A DNA stretch of 64,000 nt from contig JBMOMC010000038.1 in the NCBI GenBank assembly GCA_049325335.1, forward strand, positions 8,941-72,940. Reading direction: 5' to 3'. The notes under the pieces were generated by a model. The model did not search any database. It had not been told where the DNA came from and saw only the letters and a program-made list of their open reading frames with translations. This document shows positions 56,423 to 64,000 of the stretch, in pieces (the stretch's first letter is position 1; every line of letters starts with the position of its first letter). The position numbers and the translations under genes are program-made. Origin of the DNA: Nitrospirota bacterium (GTDB lineage: Bacteria; Nitrospirota; Nitrospiria; 2-01-FULL-66-17).

Positions 56423-57877
56423 ATGCCCAACCGCCAAAAACGACCGATCAATAAGCTCTTTATCGCCAATCGCGGCGAGATCGCGTGCCGGACCATCCGC
56501 ACCTGCATGGAGATGGGGATTAAGTCCGTGGTGGGCTATTCGGACTGCGATGCGCTCTCGTACCACGTGCGCCTCGCGGACGAGGCCGTGCACCTGGGAC
56601 CGTCGCCGGCCAAACTCAGCTACCTGGACATCGGCAAGGTGATTGACGCGGCGCGGAACACGCGCTGCGACGCAGTGTTCCCTGGGTACGGGTTTTTGTC
56701 CGAAAACCCCGAGTTCGGGCAAGCCTGCCTCGACGCGGGGTTGATCTTCGTGGGGCCCAGCCCGGACGTGATCGGACGCATGGGCGATAAGATCGCGACC
56801 AAGACCACGCTGGAATCCGCCGGGGTGCCGGTAATTCCTGGGCTCACGAACGCCACCTCGGCCAAACAGATCACGGACTTCGGCACTAAAGTCGGCTGGC
56901 CCATCATCATTAAAGCGGTGGCGGGCGGGGGCGGGCGCGGCATGGTGCGCGTGGACGGCCCGCAGCAGGCGGCCAAGGCCCTGGAACAGGCCGTGTCCAT
57001 CGCGGGCAAGCTCTTTGCCTCCTCGGGGGTGTACGCGGAAAAGTACATCCGCAACGCCCGCCACATCGAGTTTCAATTCCTGGGCGATCGCTACGGCCAC
57101 GTCATCCACCTTGGCGAACGCGAATGTTCGATCCAACGGCGGCATCAAAAGCTCGTGGAGGAAGCCCCGTCCTCGCTGTTGACCGAGGAACTGCGCCGGG
57201 AGATGGGCGAGGTGGCGGTCAAGGCCATGAAGCAGATCGGCTACGTGACCGCGGGCACGCTGGAGTTCTTAGTGGACGCGGACATGCGCTACTACGCGAT
57301 CGAGGTCAACCCGCGCATCCAGGTGGAGCACACGGTCACCGAGATGGTCGCCGGACTCGACTTGATCCGCCTGATGATTCGTACCGCGGCGGGCCAGGCG
57401 CTCACGGTGCAACAAGACGATATCGTGCTGCGCAGCCACGCGATCCAGTGCCGGGTGAACGCGGAGGATCCCAAGAACCAGTTCGCGCCGTCGTACGGCA
57501 AGGTGACCTACCTGCGCCAGGTGAGCGGGCCGTTCGTGCGGGCGGACACCGGGATTTACCAAGGGTGGGAGATTCCGCCGTATTACGACTCGTTGATCAC
57601 CAAGATCTGCTCGTTGGCCAAGGACCGGCCCACCGCGATCGAACGCATGTGGCGGGCGCTCTGCGAGTACGAGCTCTGGGGCGTGAAAACCACGATCCCA
57701 TTGCTCAAGCAGATCATGCTGCACCCGGATTTCGTGGCCGGTCGCTTCGACACGGATTTTATCGAGCGGCACCTCGACACGTTGACCAATTACGTGGAAG
57801 AGGAAGACGAGCTGCTTCGGATCGCCCGCTTCGTGGCGGAAATTTCCGCGATCGGAAAGAACCCGTATTGCCGTTGA
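56423..57877 (+). CDS. Biotin carboxylase subunit (PycA/AccC-like)
   Basis: IANRGEIA, PGYGFLSEN, GGGGRGM, RECSIQRRHQK, EVNPRIQVEH, YDS. Confidence 0.95.
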   Translation: MPNRQKRPINKLFIANRGEIACRTIRTCMEMGIKSVVGYSDCDALSYHVRLADEAVHLGPSPAKLSYLDIGKVIDAARNTRCDAVFPGYGFLSENPEFGQACLDAGLIFVGPSPDVIGRMGDKIATKTTLESAGVPVIPGLTNATSAKQITDFGTKVGWPIIIKAVAGGGGRGMVRVDGPQQAAKALEQAVSIAGKLFASSGVYAEKYIRNARHIEFQFLGDRYGHVIHLGERECSIQRRHQKLVEEAPSSLLTEELRREMGEVAVKAMKQIGYVTAGTLEFLVDADMRYYAIEVNPRIQVEHTVTEMVAGLDLIRLMIRTAAGQALTVQQDDIVLRSHAIQCRVNAEDPKNQFAPSYGKVTYLRQVSGPFVRADTGIYQGWEIPPYYDSLITKICSLAKDRPTAIERMWRALCEYELWGVKTTIPLLKQIMLHPDFVAGRFDTDFIERHLDTLTNYVEEEDELLRIARFVAEISAIGKNPYCR

Positions 57878-57887
57878 GCGCAATGAC

Positions 57888-59972
57888 ATGAAGCCCGCGA
57901 TGATCCATCCTAATTTGAGCCCCAAGGAAAACCTCGCGATCCTGCGGCGCGACCCGCGCGTGTATTTCACCAACACCGGGCCACGCGACACCGGGCAGAG
58001 CGATTTTAAGAACCGGCACACGCTGCACGATCTGATCAAGCTCGCCCCGATGTACAACCGGAGCGGGTATTTCTCGATCGAAAACCACGGCGGTGCGCGC
58101 TTTCACCAAAATCTCCTCCAAAACAAGATCGACCCGTTCGAGGAGGCCGCGCTCTGGAAAGAGCGCATGCCGGACGTGATGACCCAGACCTTGGTCCGCT
58201 CGACCAATCTGTGGGGCTACCGCATGTATCCGCGCAACGTGGTGGCGCTGTCGGTCAAGGCGTTTCTCCCCTACGTGGACGTGTGGCGGTGCTTTGACTT
58301 TCTCAATTACGTGCCCAACATGATCCCGATCGCGGAAGAGGTCATGAAGGGCGGGAAACTCTTCGAGCCCGCAATCTCGTTTTCGGTATCCGACGATTGC
58401 ACCAACGCCTACTACCTCAAAGTCACCAAGGAGATCTTGGCGATCACGGGCGGCAGCAAAGAGATCATCCTGTGCATCAAGGACATGGCGGGAGTCGGAT
58501 CACCCAAGCGGATCGCCTCGCTGGTCGACGCGATTCTGCAAAAACACCCGTCATTGGTGATCCATTATCACCGCCACACCACCGACGGCTTGGCCGTGCC
58601 CGCGTTGGCGGCCGCGGCCAAGGCCGGCGTGAAAATCCTGGATGTGACCGATGATCCGTTCACGCGCTACTACGGTCACGCGCCGGTGCGGTCGGTCAAC
58701 GCCTTGTTGCAGGAGCAGGGGATTCAGACCCGCCTCGACCTGCCGGCCGTGGACGAGTCCGCCACCGTGGTGACGGATTTTATCGGCCACTACCAGGAAT
58801 TCGAGTCGCAGTTCCGCGGGTTCTCGTACAAGGTTACCGAGCACCGGATGCCGGGCGGGGCGTTTCCCAGTTCGTTCGAGCAGGCCAGCAAAGGGGACTT
58901 TCTGCACCTGATGCCGCATATTCTCCGCGGGATGAGCTACGGTAATCAATTCATCAAGTACTTCGACGTCACCCCGGGCTCGCAGATCACGTGGACCACG
59001 TGGGTGGGCATCGTGCAGTTTCACTATAAAGAGGGCGGGTACAAGGCGGTTGAATCGCTCCTAGGATTGTGCGAGCAATTTATCGCGGTCCGCCAACGCC
59101 TGGAAAAACTCAGCGCGGATGAACGTGAACGCCTGTTGGGTCTGTACGCGCACGCCACCGACGACCTCAAGAGCCTGTTGTTGGGCCGATACGGGCCGCT
59201 GCCGTTCGGCTGGCCCGCGGACTGGGTGTACCAATCGGTCTTCGGGGAGGCCTGGCGCGACAAGATCAAAAAGGAGCGGATTGAAGCGTCGCCCCTGGCC
59301 AAGAAGAGGGCCGAAGACCTGTCAGCCGTTCAGCGCGAATTGGAAGGCAAACTGGGACGGCACGCCACGCCGTCCGAACTGGTCTTGTATCTGCAGCATC
59401 CGGGCGCGGCTGCGGATTTTTTGGCGTTCCGCCGCAAGTTTGGCGACACCTCGTTGCTGCCCACGCCGGTGTGGTTGGACGGGCTCAAAGGGGTGGGGCA
59501 CGAAGTACGCTTCGAGCACCAAGGGAAGCCCGCGACCATCAAACTCGTTTCGATCGGCGCCGAGGTCAACGGCATGCGGCACATGGTGTTGGCCGTGAAC
59601 AACACGATGCACGTGTTCCCGGTGGAGATGCCCTCGCACAAGGATCGCCTCAAAGTCTCGGTGCGTATGGCCGATTCGTCGGTCACAGGCGAGATCGGCT
59701 CCCCCATGATGGGCAATGTCTGGCGCATCGGAGACAAGGACCGGGTCCTCAAGGTGGGCGACATCGTGAGGGAAGGGCAAGAGATCATGAATCTCGAAGC
59801 CATGAAGATCGAAACCGCGATCCTCTCACCCATGCACGGCGTGATCAAAGAGATCCTGGTCAAACTCAACGAAGCCGTGGTGGATAAGCAGTTACTCATG
59901 GTGCTGGGCGACGTCCCATGGCCGGCGACGAAACGTAAACCGGCTGCGGCAAAACATACGAAGAAATCCTAA
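57888..59972 (+). CDS. Carboxyltransferase + biotin carrier subunit (pyruvate/2-oxoglutarate carboxylase-like)
   Basis: RDTGQS, KDMAG, HxH, MPGG, VTPGSQ, EAMKIE biotin motif. Confidence 0.85.
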   Translation: MKPAMIHPNLSPKENLAILRRDPRVYFTNTGPRDTGQSDFKNRHTLHDLIKLAPMYNRSGYFSIENHGGARFHQNLLQNKIDPFEEAALWKERMPDVMTQTLVRSTNLWGYRMYPRNVVALSVKAFLPYVDVWRCFDFLNYVPNMIPIAEEVMKGGKLFEPAISFSVSDDCTNAYYLKVTKEILAITGGSKEIILCIKDMAGVGSPKRIASLVDAILQKHPSLVIHYHRHTTDGLAVPALAAAAKAGVKILDVTDDPFTRYYGHAPVRSVNALLQEQGIQTRLDLPAVDESATVVTDFIGHYQEFESQFRGFSYKVTEHRMPGGAFPSSFEQASKGDFLHLMPHILRGMSYGNQFIKYFDVTPGSQITWTTWVGIVQFHYKEGGYKAVESLLGLCEQFIAVRQRLEKLSADERERLLGLYAHATDDLKSLLLGRYGPLPFGWPADWVYQSVFGEAWRDKIKKERIEASPLAKKRAEDLSAVQRELEGKLGRHATPSELVLYLQHPGAAADFLAFRRKFGDTSLLPTPVWLDGLKGVGHEVRFEHQGKPATIKLVSIGAEVNGMRHMVLAVNNTMHVFPVEMPSHKDRLKVSVRMADSSVTGEIGSPMMGNVWRIGDKDRVLKVGDIVREGQEIMNLEAMKIETAILSPMHGVIKEILVKLNEAVVDKQLLMVLGDVPWPATKRKPAAAKHTKKS

Positions 59973-59996
59973 AACACGCGGAAAAGGAACCTGTTC

Positions 59997-60959
59997 ATGA
60001 CCGATTCGAGTCCCAACCCGAACTACACCGAATTGACCGACGACGCGCTGCTGGCGCTGCTCTCCACCGAGGAAGACCGTGTGCCGCGCGCCGCGGTGGA
60101 CGAAATCATCGCCCGCGGCCCCCGGATGGTGCATCCGCTCACCTGGCTGGCGATGGATCCGTCCAATTGGCAGGCGGAAGGCCCGGCATGGTGGGCCCCG
60201 ATCCACGCCACGTATCTTTTGAGCGCGATCGGCGGCGAAGACGCGTTCATGGGACTGCTCGTGGCCGCGGATCACGCCGAGGCCGCTGATTGCGAGTGGG
60301 TGTTGACCGCGCTTCCGGCCATGTTCGGTCGGCAGGGCGCGAGTATCCGCCCGTACCTCTCGGAGCGGGTCCGCGATCGGGGCCGCGATCCCATGTCCCG
60401 CGCCACCATGGCCGAGTGCCTGGCCGCCACGACCATGAGTGATCCATCCGGTTCGGACGACGTGTTCGAGGAATTGGGCGCCCTGTTCCATGACGAGACC
60501 CATGAAACGTTCAAGGCCGTGCTCGGGGGCGTGCTCATGGATTTTCAGCGCGAGGAATACCGAGACGCCGTGCTCGCCCACGCGCGCGAGCTCTCAACCG
60601 GCGTAGACACGGCCGAAGCCGACGTGGTTCCCTACACGCAGGCCGATGTGGAACGCGCATTCAGCGCGGATGCCACGCCGGATCTCCGTTCGTACACCGC
60701 GGATTGGCTCGCGTTTTATTCGCCGGACGAAATCGCCGGTCGGCAAGCCGCCTGGGCCAAGGAAGACGCCGAGGCCGACAACGTGGACGTCGAGCTGGGC
60801 CCGGAGGAGTGGGAACCCGGATTTGTTCCCCAAGTGATCCGGCCCCATCCCAAAATCGGGCGTAACGACCCGTGCCGATGTGGAAGCGGTAGGAAGTACA
60901 AGAAGTGTTGCCTGGAAGCCGACTCGATGTTCGAAGACCTGAACCTGATCGGCCCCTGA
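59997..60959 (+). CDS. DUF1186-like protein with a SEC-C zinc-binding motif
   Basis: Acidic HEAT-like body; [20 protein letters not shown]. Confidence 0.85.
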   Translation: MTDSSPNPNYTELTDDALLALLSTEEDRVPRAAVDEIIARGPRMVHPLTWLAMDPSNWQAEGPAWWAPIHATYLLSAIGGEDAFMGLLVAADHAEAADCEWVLTALPAMFGRQGASIRPYLSERVRDRGRDPMSRATMAECLAATTMSDPSGSDDVFEELGALFHDETHETFKAVLGGVLMDFQREEYRDAVLAHARELSTGVDTAEADVVPYTQADVERAFSADATPDLRSYTADWLAFYSPDEIAGRQAAWAKEDAEADNVDVELGPEEWEPGFVPQVIRPHPKIGRNDPCRCGSGRKYKKCCLEADSMFEDLNLIGP

Positions 60960-61048
60960 GCGAGGGAACCAATCGGGCCCATCCCGCGTTGAAGGTCGTG
61001 AATCTTGTCGTCAAGCGGGTGGGCGATTGTCGCCCATTTCATGTGTCC

Positions 61049-61090
61049 AAGAAAAGAGAGGCCGCTCACTTACTGAGCGGCATTCTCTTG
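61049..61090. terminator. Rho-independent terminator, possibly bidirectional
   Basis: GCCGCTCA-CTTAC-TGAGCGGC flanked by AAGAAAAGAGA and TTCTCTT. Confidence 0.65.
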
Positions 61091-61092
61091 AT

Positions 61093-61155
61093 GCCGAACG
61101 CCCAGCGCTGAGAGGCGCGCGCAGTATGCGCGTCCGCTCCAGCGCATGGTTCGGC
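61093..61155 (-). other. Integron attC site (toxin-antitoxin cassette)
   Basis: Minus strand GCCGAAC...GTTCGGC; 63-bp imperfect palindrome just downstream of the toxin gene. Confidence 0.85.
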
Positions 61156-61172
61156 CACCCTGCGGAACCCGC

Positions 61173-61476
61173 TCAACCCGAAGGAGGTTGACCCGGGAGA
61201 GTGAACAGGCGCGAGGCGTGAAACACAGTCAGCACTTGAACTGCGCTCTCCGTGACGCGATAAACGATGCGGTAGTTTCCGAAGATAACTTCCCTCACGG
61301 TCTTCTGGCTCAATTCGGGGACGATGCGTCCTGATAAGGGGAACGCCGAAAGGCGGTCGACGGCTTCGACGATCTGTTCTGCAACATACGCCCCGTATCG
61401 CTCGGAGTCGTGCGATGTATGCTCGGACCGCCTCCACGTCGCCGATCGCCTGAGGGGTCCAGACGATGGGCGTCAA
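61173..61476 (-). pseudogene. RelE/ParE family toxin, frameshifted
   Basis: IVWTPQAIGDVEAVRAYIA, 2-nt loss near 61410, then DSERYG..FPLSGRIVPE..REVIFGNYRIVYRV..VLTVFH. Confidence 0.85.
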
Positions 61477-61655
61477 CGGGTCAGCCGTGCCTTGGCTTGT
61501 GCGTGGGGCACCGTCTCACCGGCGTCGGCTTGAGCGAGTCCCCGCTCCACCTTCGCGAGAAAATAGAGGCGCTCCATGGCGTCTTCAACGGTCGCATCGG
61601 ACGGCAATTGTTGAACGGCTTCCAGGACCTTCTGTTTCGCGGTAGCGGGGGCCAT
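61473..61655 (-). CDS. Type II antitoxin
   Basis: LPSDATVEDAMERLY..VERGLAQADAGETVPH; overlaps the toxin start; AAGGGAG RBS. Confidence 0.85.
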   Translation of the reverse strand: MAPATAKQKVLEAVQQLPSDATVEDAMERLYFLAKVERGLAQADAGETVPHAQAKARLTR

Positions 61656-61744
61656 CGGCGTTTGCTCCCTTCATTTCACGGTAGGAGTACGTGTGTGAGT
61701 AAAATCTTACACGTCTACGGCTACTCCTTGCAAGGAATGATGGG

Positions 61745-61811
61745 GCCGAACGTGCTACTAACCGGCGCGGCGCTTAATGTCGCGTCCGGTTGCTCAAAAC
61801 CCATGCTGGAC
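61745..61811 (-). other. Integron attC site with a degenerate R'' box
   Basis: Minus strand GTCCAGC...GTTCGGC with inner palindrome AACCGG.CGCG..CGCG.CCGGTT. Confidence 0.65.
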
Positions 61812-61861
61812 CCAACGGACTGAGCTTCCCCTCGAATTTCGTCTTCCAAGGATCACGTACA

Positions 61862-62179
61862 ATGGACGTCACCTTGGAGGCAAAGAGGATCAAGATCCCG
61901 AAACAGGAATACACAGCCCCGTTCAAGGAACAGGCGGTCAAACGGGTTGCCGATGTCGGCAGTATCGGGCGAGTGGCCGAGGAACTCGGGGTGGTTGAGC
62001 AGACCTTACGCAATTGGGTGAAGGCGGCCAAAGCCGGCAAGCTCAATCCGGCCGGGGCGAAAGCGATCACGCCGGAGCAGATGGAGCTGTCCCGCCTGCG
62101 GGCGGAGAACGCCCGGATCAAGTTGGAGTGCGACATCTTAAAAAAAGCGACGGCGTACTTCGCGAAGGATGCGCTGTGA
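61862..62179 (+). CDS. IS3 transposase OrfA
   Basis: YTAPFKEQAV, HTH VAEELGV..TLRNWV, ILKKATAYF; start uncertain. Confidence 0.85.
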   Translation: MDVTLEAKRIKIPKQEYTAPFKEQAVKRVADVGSIGRVAEELGVVEQTLRNWVKAAKAGKLNPAGAKAITPEQMELSRLRAENARIKLECDILKKATAYFAKDAL

Positions 62180-63068
62180 AGTACGCCGGGATGGACACGG
62201 AGCGCTGTCACTTTCCCCTGCTGGCGATGTGTGCGGCCCTGTCGGTCAGCCCGAGTGTGGCTACCGGGCCTGGCGGCGCGGGGGCACACCGCACCGCCAA
62301 CGCCTGACCGACGCCCAACTGCTGGCCCTGCTCCGGGCGATTCATGCCGAACTGAAGGGCGCCTACGGCAGCCCACGGATGCTCGCCGAACTCCGGGGCC
62401 GGGGCTTCGCGGCGAGCAAGGCCCGAGTGGAACGCCTGATGCGGGCGCATGGCCTGCGGGGTCGGCACAAGCGCCGCTACAAGGCCACGACGGATTCGAA
62501 ACACACGCTGCCGGTGGCAGACAACCGGCTGGCGCGGGACTTCACGCCGACGGCGCCCCATCGCGTCTGGACGGCCGATATCACCTACCTCTGGACCGAT
62601 GAAGGCTGGCTGTACCTGGCCGTCGTGCTCGACCTCTTTAACCGGGAGGTCGTGGGCTGGGCGCTCCAGCCGCGGATGACGGCGGACATCGTGGCCGAGG
62701 CCCTGACCATGGCGACGGGCCGCCGCCAGTTTGCCGCGGGGCTGCTGCACCACTCCGATCGGGGCAGCCAGTACGCCAGTCGGCCGTTCCAGGACCAGTT
62801 GGCTGGCTACGGCATGATTTGCTCCATGAGTCGCAAGGGTAACTGCTGGGACAACGCGCCCACCGAGAGTTTCGTCAACAGCTTGAAGAACGAGCGGGTG
62901 CACGGCACTCGCTACGCCACCCGGCAGGCGGCTGCGGCCGACGTGTTTAACTACATCGAGGTGTTTTACAACCGCACCCGCCGCCATTCCACCCTCGGGT
63001 ACAAGTCGCCCATCCAGTTTATGGATGCCTGGATCAGGGCTCAGCATAGGGGAAACCTGGTAGCATGA
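62176..63068 (+). pseudogene. IS3 transposase OrfB (DDE) with an extra frameshift near 62256
   Basis: YGSPR, WTADITY, HSDRGSQY, DNAPTES; AGTGTGGC shifts the frame between SVSPS and GYRAW. Confidence 0.8.
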
Positions 63069-63120
63069 AACCGACCCTCTGGAAGACGAAAACCCAGGGG
63101 AACCTCAAGGTCCACATGAC

Positions 63121-63192
63121 GGCCAACGTCGCGCTTGAGGCGCCGAGGGGCGCGCAGCGACCCGAAGGTCGCTCTCGAAGCGTTTGTTGAGC
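63121..63192 (-). other. Integron attC site (LysE cassette)
   Basis: Minus strand TAG stop directly followed by GCTCAAC...GTTGGCC, 72 bp. Confidence 0.85.
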
Positions 63193-63837
63193 CTATTCTG
63201 CACCGCGAGAGCCGGCAAACGCAGTATAAACGCCAAGACCAATAGACGTGCTACCAACAAGAAAGCGACCGATACGACGAGAACCACGAGCGCCCGCCAG
63301 CACTGGCGCGATCGAACTCGCCCCTATGGCATAGGCGCTGTCAGTGATTGCTGCGATTGCGACAAAGAGCGCGCCGAGCATCATCGTTTGAAACATTGGC
63401 GGCACCTCTGGGTTTAAAAACTGGGGCAAGAACGCAGCGAAGAAAACCGTTGTTTTCGGATTGAACAAGGCGACGATGACACCATCACGGAAGATGCGAC
63501 CAGGACTTGCGGCCTGAGGCATAGGAGCCGAAACCTCGGTATGTGCTTCGCGCAGCATTTGCACACCGAGATAAACGAGGTAGAAGGCTCCCACGTACTT
63601 AACGACCATGAAGGCCGACGAGGAAACTGCAAACAGTGCCGCGAGGCCAACAGAGGCGGCCAGTGCATTCCCCAGGTTGCCGAGAGCGACCCCGGCTACC
63701 GAAATCAGTCCCGAGGAGCGACCTTGAATGAGACTGCGCGTAACGATATAGAACACGCCCGGACCGGGTGTGACCGCGAGCACCACACTCGCAAACAGGA
63801 ACGCAGAGAAAGGCGGCCAAGATGGTAATAGAGTCAT
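63193..63837 (-). CDS. LysE/RhtB family translocator (gene cassette)
   Basis: LAVTPGPG, KYVGAFYLVYLG, NPKTTVFFAAFLPQF; bounded by attC sites. Confidence 0.92.
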   Translation of the reverse strand: MTLLPSWPPFSAFLFASVVLAVTPGPGVFYIVTRSLIQGRSSGLISVAGVALGNLGNALAASVGLAALFAVSSSAFMVVKYVGAFYLVYLGVQMLREAHTEVSAPMPQAASPGRIFRDGVIVALFNPKTTVFFAAFLPQFLNPEVPPMFQTMMLGALFVAIAAITDSAYAIGASSIAPVLAGARGSRRIGRFLVGSTSIGLGVYTAFAGSRGAE

Positions 63838-63871
63838 CGTCGTCTCAACTGATAGGCCCAACATATGATAG

Positions 63872-63936
63872 GCCCAACGCCCGGCGCTGAGGAGCGCGCC
63901 CGCTAAGGGCGCGTCGCCTCCAGCGCTTTGTTGGGC
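63872..63936 (-). other. Integron attC site (upstream cassette)
   Basis: Minus strand GCCCAAC...GTTGGGC, 65 bp; inner GCGCTG/CAGCGC and GCGC arms resemble the 61093 site. Confidence 0.88.
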
Positions 63937-64000
63937 AAGCCGTGATTTGCCACTTCTCGAATGTGAACCGACACCCTCCACCAAAGGAGGAGACTATAGG

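Larger units (their letters stand above)
61821..63107 (+). mobile_element. IS3-family insertion sequence (1287 bp)
   Basis: TG...CA ends; IRs TGAGCTTCCCCT.GAATTTCGTCTTCCA and TGGAAGACGAAAACCCAGGGGAACCTCA; A7G slippery site 62140-62147. Confidence 0.93.

Noticed and set aside
694..60581. Many long overlapping or antisense ORFs (e.g. 694-1560, 26553-28538, 35784-38129)
   Set aside because: Shadow frames of high-GC genes; they have no motifs and overlap well-supported CDSs
61093..63936. Spaced palindromes as a CRISPR array
   Set aside because: The repeats are not identical, are separated by whole genes, carry attC boxes, and no cas genes are present
63838..63984. N-terminal extension of LysE
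   Set aside because: It translates through the attC site; the real start is most likely 63837

Overview
High-GC bacterial chromosomal DNA, most likely Nitrospirota (inferred from the UBact operon and Nitrospira-type intergenic repeats). From left to right: (1) housekeeping and signalling genes (CBS-GGDEF-EAL, arsC, LpxL-like acyltransferase, bolA, tsaC-like, malQ); (2) a complete UBact-proteasome operon (arc, dop-like, ubact, prcB, prcA, pafA-like) with a REP doublet inside it; (3) a BtuF-like protein, an ABC-2 exporter, a triply disrupted gene, glutaminyl cyclase and xth; (4) a 28.4-kb translationally coupled four-gene operon encoding a ~2980-aa transglutaminase-like protein lacking the catalytic Cys, a parvulin PPIase, a small GspC/PilP-like protein and a 6067-aa metallopeptidase/alpha-alpha-barrel/CARDB/Fn3/PKD protein, which is the best candidate for an undescribed system; (5) a MASE1 sensor, an ATP-grasp ligase plus zincin pair, FHA-GGDEF, a divergent biotin-dependent alpha-keto-acid carboxylase and a SEC-C protein; (6) the distal end of a minus-strand integron cassette array (four attC sites, a LysE cassette, a toxin-antitoxin cassette with a frameshifted toxin, and a defective IS3 in an almost empty cassette). 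No tRNA, rRNA or CRISPR array was seen. All family calls come from motif recognition by eye; no database searches were run.
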